NCBI GenBank assembly: GCA_964510095.1
Contig: CAZEAE010000015.1
Span: forward strand, 33 to 64,032
Direction of reading: 5' to 3'
DNA length: 64,000 bases
From: an uncultured Elusimicrobia bacterium
GTDB taxonomy: Bacteria; Elusimicrobiota; Elusimicrobia; UBA1565; UBA9628
The notes beneath the pieces are model-generated. The model saw nothing but the letters and a program-made list of their open reading frames with translations, ran no database searches and was not told where the DNA came from. Shown piece after piece: positions 18,726-27,610 of the stretch. The position numbers and the translations under genes were made by a program. Within the stretch, counting starts at the first letter, position 1, and every line of letters starts with the position of its first letter.

Positions 18726-20812
18726 GAGCGATCCAAAAGCCCCGCCAACGCCGCGGCGTCTGCGGTCGGCTCGGAGCAGGCACGGTCCCGGCAGACATAA
18801 GCGGTGGGCCGGCCGACGACGGTCTTGAGCTCGGCTAAGAACGGCTGCACGGCCTCGAGCGCCGGCCGCGAGCCCTCGTCGAGCAGCAGCAGGGCCTTGA
18901 ACGGCAGGAAGCGCGAACGGATGACGGACAAAAGCTCGCTTCCCGCCTCCGAGCGCCAATCCCCGGCCAAGACGATCTCGCTGGGCTTGCCCAAGGCAAA
19001 AAGGACGGCGGAGAGCATCATAGGCAACGACAGCGGCCGCTCCCCCAGCTTCGGGCCGAAGCGCAGCAGAGTATCCTCGGCCGGCCTGCGCCAAGCGGGG
19101 TCTCCGGTCAGCATCGACAGCCGCAGCAGGTTGAGCGCGGCCACCGAGCTGGCGCAAGGCTCCACGTTGTCGGTGTCCTCCATCACGCGCATCAGCAAAG
19201 CCGCGTCATGCCCCTGAGCCGTCATGTAGAGGCCGCCTTCGACGTCCGCGAAGCGCCTCTGCTGTTCTTGCGTCAGCTCGATGGCCCAGCTCAGCCAGGC
19301 CGCATCGCCCGAGGCTTCGTAGAGATCCAGCAGGCCTTGAGCCAGGAAAGCGTAATCGTCCGAGAAGCCGTCCACCGCCTTCTCCCCGGCGCGCCAGCGA
19401 TGGCTCAGCGTCCGAGTCTTGGCGTCATAAAGGTTTTGACGCAGGAACCCTGCCGCCTTGCTCGCCGCCTCCAGATAACGCGTCTCGCCTAAGACCTCGA
19501 AGCCCCGCGCCAGCGCCGAGAGCATCAAGCCGTTCCAAGAGACAAGGACCTTGTCATCGAGGCCCGGCCGCGGCCGGCGCGCGCGACGCTCGAGCAGCAG
19601 GGTCCTTTGCCGGTCATCGAGGGCGAGGTCCGCGACCGGCCGCGCCGCGTAGAGGATGTTGCGTCCCGTGAACTCGCCGTGCGGGTCGACGGGAGCGTTG
19701 CCGCTCTCTTCGACCCCGTAGCGCTGCAGGAACGCTTCGGCGTCACCCCCCAGAGCTTCCTTGAGCTCGGCCTGCGTCCACAAGTAGAAGGCGCCCTCGG
19801 CCTTCTCGCCGCCCTCCGGGGGCTCGCTGTCGGCGTCTTCGGCGGAGGCGAAAGCCCCCTCCGGCAGGGCCAGATCCCGCAGAACGTAGTCCAGCGTCCG
19901 GCGCGCCGTCTCTTTGAGCCCGGGCTCTTGCGGCGCGGCTTGTGCCGCTTCCAGATAGACCGAGGCCAGCTGGGCGTTATCGTAGAGCATCTTCTCGAAA
20001 TGAGGGACACGCCAAGCCGCATCGGTGGAATAGCGGTGGAAGCCGCCGCCCACCTGGTCGAAGATGCCTCCGGCGGCCATCGCCCGGAGCGTCGCCGTCA
20101 CCAGCCGCAGGGCCTCGGGGTCCTTGGTCCGCGCATGATAGCGCAGGAGGAAGTGGCAATTGGCCGGCATCGGGAACTTCGGGGCGCCGCCGAAGCCGGC
20201 GTCATGGGGATCGAAGCTTCCGCGCAGGCCCTCGAAGCCGCGCTTGAGCCACCTTTCGTCGAGGGATTCGGCCTTCACGGATTCGCCGGCCGCGTAGCGC
20301 TTCAAGGTCTCGGTCAGCGTGTCCGCGTCGGATTCCAATTCCTTGCGGCCGGACTTCCAGAATCCGGCGATCCTCCCGAGGAGGGACACGAAGCCGGGCT
20401 GGCCCCAGCGCGCCTGCGGCGGGAAATACGTGCCGCCGTAGAAAGGCTTGAGCTCCGGCGTCAGAAAGACGTTCAGCGGCCAGCCTCCCTGCCCGGTCAT
20501 GGCCTGCACCGCGCTCATGTAGATCCTGTCGACGTCGGGCCGTTCCTCGCGGTCGAGCTTTACGCAGACGAAGTGCCGGTTCATGACCTCGGCGACGGAA
20601 GGCTCGCAGAAGCTCTCGCGCTCCATGACATGGCACCAGTGGCAGGTGGAGTAGCCGATGGAGAGCAGCAAGGGCTTATCCTCGCGGCGCGCCTTCTCGA
20701 AGGCCTCCGGACCCCAAGGGTACCAATCGACGGGATTATGGGCATGCTGGAGGAGATACGGGCTCTTCTCCGCCGCCAGACGGTTGGTCTTGCCGGTCCT
20801 CTGCCCGCTCAT
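18722..20812 (-). CDS. Thioredoxin-domain protein, YyaL/SPATA20 family (DUF255 + alpha/alpha barrel)
   Basis: [50 protein letters not shown] and [13 protein letters not shown] motifs. Confidence 0.93.
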   Translation of the reverse strand: MSGQRTGKTNRLAAEKSPYLLQHAHNPVDWYPWGPEAFEKARREDKPLLLSIGYSTCHWCHVMERESFCEPSVAEVMNRHFVCVKLDREERPDVDRIYMSAVQAMTGQGGWPLNVFLTPELKPFYGGTYFPPQARWGQPGFVSLLGRIAGFWKSGRKELESDADTLTETLKRYAAGESVKAESLDERWLKRGFEGLRGSFDPHDAGFGGAPKFPMPANCHFLLRYHARTKDPEALRLVTATLRAMAAGGIFDQVGGGFHRYSTDAAWRVPHFEKMLYDNAQLASVYLEAAQAAPQEPGLKETARRTLDYVLRDLALPEGAFASAEDADSEPPEGGEKAEGAFYLWTQAELKEALGGDAEAFLQRYGVEESGNAPVDPHGEFTGRNILYAARPVADLALDDRQRTLLLERRARRPRPGLDDKVLVSWNGLMLSALARGFEVLGETRYLEAASKAAGFLRQNLYDAKTRTLSHRWRAGEKAVDGFSDDYAFLAQGLLDLYEASGDAAWLSWAIELTQEQQRRFADVEGGLYMTAQGHDAALLMRVMEDTDNVEPCASSVAALNLLRLSMLTGDPAWRRPAEDTLLRFGPKLGERPLSLPMMLSAVLFALGKPSEIVLAGDWRSEAGSELLSVIRSRFLPFKALLLLDEGSRPALEAVQPFLAELKTVVGRPTAYVCRDRACSEPTADAAALAGLLDRS

Positions 20813-20862
20813 CGTCTCATCGTTCTATCAATAAGGGCGCCGAAGCGTCAATGAGGACGGCT

Positions 20863-20923
20863 TAGGCCTTTGGGCCTATTTTCATCTAGGCCTAATGCCC
20901 GCCCTGAAGTAGGCCCTCGGACC
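20863..20923. promoter_or_regulatory. GG(N)CC-pair motif cluster A
   Basis: taggcctttgggccta (20863-20878), taggccta, aggccc and ggacc within 60 bp of a divergent intergenic region. Confidence 0.5.
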
Positions 20924-20992
20924 TTACCGAAATGCCCGCCCAACTGTTTTACTGCTTCTTACCGGTGCCATCATAGGCACCAGAGAGGCCCC

Positions 20993-22231
20993 ATGACAAA
21001 GCTCATCGCCGCCGCACTGGCTTTACTGATCCCCGCAGCGCCCGTTTTTGCGCAGCACAATCGCGAGGGGCGTCAGCCAGGGCATCAACAGCCCGGCCGC
21101 CAGCAACCGCCGCGAAAAGAACCGCCCCGCCGAGAACCCCCGCGCCAAGAGCCGCCTCGCCGTGAACCGCCTCGCCGGGAGCCCCCGCGCCATGAGCCGC
21201 CTCGCCGTGAACCACCCCGCCGAGAACCCCCGCGACAACAACCCCCGCGCCGCACCCCTCCGCAGCGACGACCACCGGTCATCATCCCCGGAAACCCCGG
21301 CCAGCGACCGGGGCAGGGCGGACGCGTTCTTCCCCGCCGGCCGAACCCGCTCGAAGACCACCGCCGCGTGGACAGCGACCACGGGCGGTCTCAGATCGGA
21401 CGCCCGACCCACGGCTGGGACGGACGCCAGATCTCTCATCAGCCCCATCGCGGCACACCGAACCGCGACCACATCACCATCATCAACAACACGACGGTGA
21501 TCAACAACATCCATAACCACAATCGCTACGAGACCGTCCGCGGCCAGTACTACTGGCATGAATACAACGGCTCGCGTTACTGCCACCAATACGACCAGTG
21601 GGGCTTCCACTGGTACGGGTGGTACCTGGGCAGCTCGTATTTCTGGGCGCGCTACCACGCCGACAACTGGTGGTGGTACGACACCTCCTACCAGCGCTGG
21701 CTATACCTCCACGAGGGCCGCTGGTGGTATCAGTCCCCGACGCGGGTGGTCTACATCTACGTCAACGAGGAGAACCGCTACTACCGATACGATGAGTCCC
21801 GGGGCGGAGTCGTCACGCGCCCGGACACGACGCCTCCGGTGACGCCGCCTCCCGCCGACCCGACCCAGCCGACGCCGCCCGCGGAGCCGGCCGAACAGTC
21901 GACCTTCTACAGCGAAGACGGGTCTCGGATGGTCCAGATCTTCGGAGACAACGACGACGGCTTCCTGTACGACACCGCCGAGACCCCGTCTTTCGAGCCG
22001 AAGTTCCTGGCCGCGGGGGTCAAGGAGGTCCAGTTCTCCACCGACAACCAGACGGGTCTGCAGATCCTCGTGATCACGGAGAAGAAAGACGAGGCAGGCA
22101 GCGTATCCAAGGGCTTCAAGCTCTTCGATGCGCAAGGCCAGCCCTACGGCGTGGAAGAGCCGGAGGAACCTAAGGCTCCGGACCCCACGCCGGCCATGGA
22201 CCAGCTCAAGGCGCTCGACGAAGGGTTCTAA
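20993..22231 (+). CDS. Secreted protein with PPRxE pentapeptide repeats and a His/Trp/Tyr-rich domain
   Basis: GAGAGG SD before ATG 20993; signal peptide MTKLIAAALALLIPAAPVFA; repeats followed by YWHEY...WGFHWYGWY...WWWYD. Confidence 0.8.
   Translation: MTKLIAAALALLIPAAPVFAQHNREGRQPGHQQPGRQQPPRKEPPRREPPRQEPPRREPPRREPPRHEPPRREPPRREPPRQQPPRRTPPQRRPPVIIPGNPGQRPGQGGRVLPRRPNPLEDHRRVDSDHGRSQIGRPTHGWDGRQISHQPHRGTPNRDHITIINNTTVINNIHNHNRYETVRGQYYWHEYNGSRYCHQYDQWGFHWYGWYLGSSYFWARYHADNWWWYDTSYQRWLYLHEGRWWYQSPTRVVYIYVNEENRYYRYDESRGGVVTRPDTTPPVTPPPADPTQPTPPAEPAEQSTFYSEDGSRMVQIFGDNDDGFLYDTAETPSFEPKFLAAGVKEVQFSTDNQTGLQILVITEKKDEAGSVSKGFKLFDAQGQPYGVEEPEEPKAPDPTPAMDQLKALDEGF
21107..21271 (+). repeat. 11 tandem 15-bp coding repeats (PPRKE/PPRRE/PPRQE/PPRHE...)
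   Basis: Units such as ccgcctcgccgtgaa vary mainly at synonymous positions. Confidence 0.9.
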
Positions 22232-22258
22232 GACGCAATATGGTAAAATAGCCGCCTG

Positions 22259-23263
22259 ATGGCGGTAGACCTTCGTTTCATCTTGACGGGCGCCAAGCGG
22301 GTCTTCGACTCGCGGCCGATGTACGCCCAAGTCGTGGTCACCGACGACTGCAACCTGACCTGCTCCTATTGCGACGAGTACACCCCGGGCGCTCCCGTCA
22401 TCCCGCTTGCCGAGATGAAGAAGCGCATCGACAAGCTCGATGAGCTGGGCGTCCAGGTCTACGACTTCCTGGGCGGCGAGACGATGATCCACCCGGAGAT
22501 CGCGGAGCTGGTGCGCTATACCAAGAGCAAACGCGGCGGCTCGAACCTGGCCACCATCATCACCAACGGCTTCCTCCTGACCGCAGACAGCATCCGGGCG
22601 CTCAACGAAGCCGGGCTCGATTTCATGCAGGTCTCGGTGGACTCCCTGCACCCCACCGAACACTCCGACAAGTGCCTCAAGGCCATCCTGCCCCGCCTGC
22701 GCGTGCTGGCCAAGGAAGCCAAGTTCCAAGTCGAGATCCAGACCGTCCTCAACGACGACACCCTGTCCACTTACGCCGAGTTCCGGGAGACCGTCAAGGA
22801 GTTCCCCTTCGCCTTCGGCTTCTCCGTCATGCACGGCAAAGGGGGCCAGATCGTCATAAAAGGAGAGAAGTTCCTGGGCATGCTCGAGAAATACGGCGTC
22901 TTCGAAGGCGTCAACTTCTACGGCGAGCATCTCAAGGAGATGCTGCGCGGAGACTTCTCGCGGCCCTGGAAGTGCCTTGCCGGCTTCAAGTTCCTCTATA
23001 TCAACTCCAAAGGCGGCGTGCAGTGGTGCTCCCAACAGCGCGACTTCATGTACCCTTTGGACCAGATGACCCTGGCGCAACTGCGCCAGAACGACAGGCA
23101 TAAGCCCTGCGAGCCCGGCTGCTCCCTGGGCTGCGTGCGGATGGTCTCGCACACCTTGGGCGAGCCCCTCAAGACGATGGGCGCCAGCCTGTCGCTGGCC
23201 ATCGGGATGAGCTCGCAGAAGAAAGCCGCCGCTCCCGCGTCCGAGCCCTCCCTGCGCTCCTGA
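22259..23263 (+). CDS. Radical SAM protein with C-terminal Cys-rich (SPASM/twitch-like) extension
   Basis: CNLTCSYC, GGE motif, IITNG, and C-terminal C...C...CEPGCSLGC. Confidence 0.9.
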   Translation: MAVDLRFILTGAKRVFDSRPMYAQVVVTDDCNLTCSYCDEYTPGAPVIPLAEMKKRIDKLDELGVQVYDFLGGETMIHPEIAELVRYTKSKRGGSNLATIITNGFLLTADSIRALNEAGLDFMQVSVDSLHPTEHSDKCLKAILPRLRVLAKEAKFQVEIQTVLNDDTLSTYAEFRETVKEFPFAFGFSVMHGKGGQIVIKGEKFLGMLEKYGVFEGVNFYGEHLKEMLRGDFSRPWKCLAGFKFLYINSKGGVQWCSQQRDFMYPLDQMTLAQLRQNDRHKPCEPGCSLGCVRMVSHTLGEPLKTMGASLSLAIGMSSQKKAAAPASEPSLRS

Positions 23264-23290
23264 ACCGGAAAATGATAGAATGACCCCACT

Positions 23291-23854
23291 ATGAAAAACA
23301 TCCTAGCCATCCTCGTCCTAGCCCTAGCCGCCGCCCCCCTGCGCGCGACCACCTTCACCATCGACAAGGGGCATTCCAGCATCGGCTTCAAGATCCGGCA
23401 CTTCGCGGGCCGCGTGCCCGGAAGCTTCTCGGACTTCTCAGGCACCATCGTCTTCGACGACAAGAACCCGGCCAAATCCTCGGTCGAAGCGACGATCCAG
23501 ACGGCCTCGGTCAGCACCAACCACGAGAAGCGCGACGCGCATCTGAGGACCGCCGACTATTTCGACGTCGCGAAATTCCCGGTCATGACCTATAAAAGCA
23601 CCAAGGTGACGGCCGCCGGCAAAGGGAGATACAAGGTCGACGGGCTCCTCTCCCTGCACGGGGTGGAGAAGCCGGTCACGCTCTCCGTCGAATACGCGGG
23701 CACCGAGAAGGATCCCAAGGGCAACGCCCACGCCGGCTTCTCGGCCGAAGCCAAGATCAGCCGCAAGGACTTCGGCGTCGGCGGCATGGGGCTCGGAGAC
23801 GAGATCACCATCTCCATCGACGTCGAAGCCTCTCCCGCCGAATCGGCCAAGTAG
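23291..23854 (+). CDS. yceI: YceI-family secreted lipid/isoprenoid-binding protein
   Basis: Signal peptide; IDKGHSSIGFKIRH, RDAHLRTADYFDVAKFP and LSLHGVEKPV motifs. Confidence 0.92.
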   Translation: MKNILAILVLALAAAPLRATTFTIDKGHSSIGFKIRHFAGRVPGSFSDFSGTIVFDDKNPAKSSVEATIQTASVSTNHEKRDAHLRTADYFDVAKFPVMTYKSTKVTAAGKGRYKVDGLLSLHGVEKPVTLSVEYAGTEKDPKGNAHAGFSAEAKISRKDFGVGGMGLGDEITISIDVEASPAESAK

Positions 23855-23855
23855 C

Positions 23856-25133
23856 CTAGCGCAGGGCCGCGCGCAGCGCAAATCCCAGCGCCAGCGCCAA
23901 GCCGGCCCAGCCGACCTGCGCCCAGCCCCCCTGCGCCCCCAGCCAAAGGGTGGCCAGGACGCCGGCCGCCGGGACGGCCCAGACGCCCGGCAGCCGGAAG
24001 GCCCCGCTGGCGGTCCCATACCGCCTCCGCAAGATCGGCACGGCGGCGCAGGTGGCCGCATATTGGGCGCAGATGACGACGTTGGCGATGTCGACGAGCT
24101 TGCCGAAGTCCAGCAGCAGCGCCGCCGTCAAAGCAAGCCCCGCCGTCAGCGCGATGCAGCGCGAGGGCGTGCCGAAACGCGGGTGGGCCGCCGCCCAGGA
24201 CGAGGGAAGATGGCCGGCCTCGGCCAGCGCGACCAGGAAACGCGGCCCGCCTAAAGCGATGCCGGCGTTGAAGCCCACGGTAGAGAGCACGGCGCCCAGG
24301 ACGATGATCCCGGCACCCAACGGCCCCCACAGGATCTCCGCCGTGTCCGCCAGCGGACGCTGCGAAGCCGCCAAGCCCGGATTGACGCCTACGGCCACGG
24401 TCTGGACGAGCATGTAGACCACGGAGGCCATCGAGATCGACAAGAGCACCGCCCGCGGGATGTTCTTCCGGGGCTCGCGGACCTCCCCGGCGGGCACAGG
24501 CACGTTCTCGAATCCTTGGAAGGCGAAGTAGGCCAGGAAGCAGGCGGCGCCCATGGGCCGCCAGCCATGCGGCGCCAGGGGCGTGAAGGCGGAGAGCTCA
24601 AGGCGCGGCAGGCCGGCCAGGATGAGCAGGACCAACGGCACCAGCTTGGCGGCCGTGAAGAAGTTCGACGTCCAAGCGCCGAGCTTGACGCCTCGATAAT
24701 TGATCGCCGCCATGAAGACGATCACGAAGGCCGCGACGGCCTTGCCCAGGCCGGGGCCGGCGAAGGATGGGCCGAAGTAGCCCAGGTAGGAGCATATGGC
24801 GTTGGCCACCGCGGCCCAGCTGAAGATCATCGCCATCCAGCAGAGCCAGCCGATGGCGAACCCGGCCTGCCGGCCGAATGCGTCCGTGGCGTAAAGGATG
24901 GGGCCGCCGGCCCGCTCATAGTGGGTGGACGCCTCGGCGAAGCAGAGCGCCACCGCGCTCAACAGCAGGCCGGTGAAGCCGAAGGAGAGGATGGAGGCCG
25001 GCCCCAGGTGTCCCGCCAAAAGACCGGGAAACAAGAAGATGCTCGAGCCCACGATGGAGTTCACCCCCAAGCTGGTCACGTCCAGAAGACCTAGCGGCCG
25101 CGGGGCTCCGGCGCCGCCATGGGGGCTGTCCAC
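23856..25133 (-). CDS. APC-family amino acid permease
   Basis: GVNSIVGSSIFLFPG, AFQGFE and about 12 TM segments. Confidence 0.9.
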   Translation of the reverse strand: MDSPHGGAGAPRPLGLLDVTSLGVNSIVGSSIFLFPGLLAGHLGPASILSFGFTGLLLSAVALCFAEASTHYERAGGPILYATDAFGRQAGFAIGWLCWMAMIFSWAAVANAICSYLGYFGPSFAGPGLGKAVAAFVIVFMAAINYRGVKLGAWTSNFFTAAKLVPLVLLILAGLPRLELSAFTPLAPHGWRPMGAACFLAYFAFQGFENVPVPAGEVREPRKNIPRAVLLSISMASVVYMLVQTVAVGVNPGLAASQRPLADTAEILWGPLGAGIIVLGAVLSTVGFNAGIALGGPRFLVALAEAGHLPSSWAAAHPRFGTPSRCIALTAGLALTAALLLDFGKLVDIANVVICAQYAATCAAVPILRRRYGTASGAFRLPGVWAVPAAGVLATLWLGAQGGWAQVGWAGLALALGFALRAALR

Positions 25134-25171
25134 CCAGCGATTATATCAGGTAACATATGGCTTGAGTGGCG

Positions 25172-25861
25172 ATGATGAACCCTTCAGAGCGCGACCTGTC
25201 CCTCCGGCGCAAGCTCATCGAGACCTGCCGCGATCTGGAGAAACGCGGCCTCAATCAAGGCACCGCGGGAAACCTCAGCGCGCGCCTTGGCGCGGGCCCC
25301 TCGGACGGCTTCCTGATCACGCCGACCGCTCTGGCTTATGACGTGATGCAGCCGTCGGACATCGTGCACATGCGCCTCGACGGCAGCCATGCCGGCCGGC
25401 GCTCCCCCTCCAGCGAATGGCGATTCCACCGCGACATCTTCAAGGCCCGCCCCGAGGTGGGCGCCGTCGTCCATACCCACAGCGGCTTTTCGACCGCATT
25501 GGCCTGCCAGCATCGCGGCATACCGGCGTTCCATTACATGGTCGCCCTCTTCGGGGGCAGCGACATCCGCTGCGCGGAATATGCGACTTACGGGACGCAG
25601 GAGCTCTCCGACCGGGTGCTCAAGGCGCTGGAAGGCCGCCTAGCCGCGCTCCTGGGCAACCATGGGCTCGTCGTCGTCGGGCCGAGCCTCGAGCGGGCCT
25701 TGGCGCTGACCGTCGAGGCCGAGACCCTCGCCATGATGTATACGCGCGCCCTGCAGACCGGCGCGCCGGTGCTGCTTCCCGAGGCGGAGATCCTGCGGGT
25801 CAAAGAGAAGTTCTCCACGTACGGCGCCGGCGCGCTGCCCCCCAAGCGCGTCTGGGATTGA
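25172..25861 (+). CDS. Class II aldolase/adducin family (FucA-like)
   Basis: GTAGNLSAR, LITPT, PSSEWRFH, VVHTHS and LLGNHG motifs. Confidence 0.9.
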   Translation: MMNPSERDLSLRRKLIETCRDLEKRGLNQGTAGNLSARLGAGPSDGFLITPTALAYDVMQPSDIVHMRLDGSHAGRRSPSSEWRFHRDIFKARPEVGAVVHTHSGFSTALACQHRGIPAFHYMVALFGGSDIRCAEYATYGTQELSDRVLKALEGRLAALLGNHGLVVVGPSLERALALTVEAETLAMMYTRALQTGAPVLLPEAEILRVKEKFSTYGAGALPPKRVWD

Positions 25862-25872
25862 CGGCGCCGGCG

Positions 25873-26580
25873 ATGCCACCCCTGAGCGTCACCGTCGTCA
25901 TCCCGTCCTACAACGAACGCGACAACATGGCGCCGCTGCTGACGCGGGTCGCCCGCGCGCTGGCCGGCAGGACGCATGAGCTCCTGGTCGTCGACGACCG
26001 CTCGCCCGACGGCACCGGAGCCGAAGTGACCCGGCTGGCCAAGACCATCCCGTGGGTCCGGCTGGTCACCAAGACCCGCCGTGAAGGGATCGGCGCCGCC
26101 TTACGGATGGGCTACGACCTGGCGCGCCATGACGTCATCGTCTCGCTCGACGCCGACCTGAGCTTCTCGCCTGAAGACATCCCGCGCCTGCTCGAGCGCA
26201 TCGACGCCGGCTGCGCGCTGGCGCTGGGCTGCCGTCACGGCGGCCAAGGCGGCTACGAGACGCCCAACGGGCGCATCTGGCTGAAGTTCCTCGTCAGCCG
26301 GGTCGGCAACCGCATCGTGCGCTGGGCCACGGGCCTGACGGTGCGCGACTACTCCGCCAATTTCCGCGCCATCCGCCGCGACGTTTGGGAATCCATCAAG
26401 ACCCGGGAGAACGACAACTCGCTTCTGCTCGAGATGATCCTCAAAGTCCACCGGGGCGGCTTCCGTCTCGAAGAGGTGCCGGTGACTTTCTCGGACCGCG
26501 TGGCGGGCCGCTCCAAGCTCAATCTGGCCGTCGAAGCGCCTAAGTTCCTGTTCAAGCTCATCCGCCTGGCGCGGGGCTAG
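25873..26580 (+). CDS. GT2 glycosyltransferase (polyprenol-phosphate sugar transferase-like)
   Basis: VVIPSYNE, VVDDRSPDGT, DADLS and F.DR..G.SKL motifs. Confidence 0.88.
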   Translation: MPPLSVTVVIPSYNERDNMAPLLTRVARALAGRTHELLVVDDRSPDGTGAEVTRLAKTIPWVRLVTKTRREGIGAALRMGYDLARHDVIVSLDADLSFSPEDIPRLLERIDAGCALALGCRHGGQGGYETPNGRIWLKFLVSRVGNRIVRWATGLTVRDYSANFRAIRRDVWESIKTRENDNSLLLEMILKVHRGGFRLEEVPVTFSDRVAGRSKLNLAVEAPKFLFKLIRLARG

Positions 26581-26585
26581 CCGGC

Positions 26586-27608
26586 TCAGTTCGCCGCGCC
26601 TAAGCGAGCCAGCGCGTCCTTGCAGGGCGCCAGCAGGCCGTCAGGCACGAGCGCGAGGCAGGCCGCCGCGCCTTTATCGGCGCGGCCTTCACAGAACATG
26701 GCCAGCTCCGCCTTGCAGGCCTCCGGGTAGTCGAGCGCCGGCGCGGCGGCCGGGACCGGCGCCGAAGGGGCCGGCGCTTCGGCCGCCAGCGGGGCGACGA
26801 TCTCGGGCGGCGGCGCCGGCGGCGGGGCGAAACGCTCCAAGTAGGAAGGTATCTCCATCTTCTGGCGGCGCATCTCGGACAAGACCAGCGGCGTGCCCGC
26901 GGCCACGGCCGCCGCTGAGCCGACGCAGCCGACCAGCGCGAACATCCCGAAAAAGAGCTTGCTGGAAAACGTCGTCTCGACCGGCGGGCCTTCGAGCTTG
27001 AGACAACGATAGAGCTTGAGGGCGAACAGGAACAGGAAGGAATACGCAAGCGAGCCTAACAGCCACCCCGCCCAGGGGATCTTCCCAAGGAGCATCGAAG
27101 GCACCATGGCAAAGAAGAGCAGGGTGGCCACGCTCCACCAGCGCCCGGCGACGAGCTCGTGGCTGCGGTCCAGAGCGTCGAAGCCGGTCAGGCCTTCCTC
27201 GATCACGGCAAAGGGCGCAAAGGTCAGCGAGAGCCCTAGATAGACCCCCGGCACGATGAGCAGGAAGAGCCCGCCGATGGCCGCGGCCGCCTCCAGGATC
27301 TCGACCCAGACGAGCGTATGCGCCTTGGCGGCGGCTTCCAGGATGACGTCACCCAGGTCGATTTGCTCCCGCGATGCCATGATCTGCGCGGCCAGCGTCC
27401 AGCCGCTGACCCATAGCCCCGCAAGGATCGGGATGATGACCAGCGGCGCGAAGACTTTCAAAGCCAACGCGCCCAAGGCCCCTGAGACGGCATAAGCCAC
27501 GCCGGAGATGAGCCAGAGGACCAGGAAGATCCAGAAGCGTTCCTTGAACGCGGCGAAGCTCTGGTCGAAGATGGCGGAGAAGCTGGGCAAAGAGGCGCGC
27601 GTGGTCAC
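26586..27608 (-). CDS. Multi-pass membrane protein with Pro-rich linker and C-terminal Cys-rich module
   Basis: Six to seven TM segments including the A..RS..LV.GRWW pattern, then PPPAPPP and C-x7-C-x10-C-x11-C. Confidence 0.7.
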   Translation of the reverse strand: MTTRASLPSFSAIFDQSFAAFKERFWIFLVLWLISGVAYAVSGALGALALKVFAPLVIIPILAGLWVSGWTLAAQIMASREQIDLGDVILEAAAKAHTLVWVEILEAAAAIGGLFLLIVPGVYLGLSLTFAPFAVIEEGLTGFDALDRSHELVAGRWWSVATLLFFAMVPSMLLGKIPWAGWLLGSLAYSFLFLFALKLYRCLKLEGPPVETTFSSKLFFGMFALVGCVGSAAAVAAGTPLVLSEMRRQKMEIPSYLERFAPPPAPPPEIVAPLAAEAPAPSAPVPAAAPALDYPEACKAELAMFCEGRADKGAAACLALVPDGLLAPCKDALARLGAAN

Positions 27609-27610
27609 GC

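Noticed and set aside
17094-19157. ORF-track N-terminal extensions (also 13611, 14240, 15351, 20870, 25417, 29755, 33240, 36773, 41563, 48618, 58820, 62182)
   Set aside because: The extensions overlap upstream genes or promoters; internal ATGs with stop/start coupling, an SD or -10 geometry fit better.
20964-20981. ggtgcc-atcata-ggcacc hairpin just before the SD of the PPRxE gene
   Set aside because: A 6-bp GC-rich stem is too common at this base composition to support a riboswitch or operator call.
21107-21271. Possible CRISPR or non-coding repeat array
   Set aside because: The units are contiguous 15-mers with no spacers, in frame within a CDS and varying at synonymous sites; no cas genes are present.
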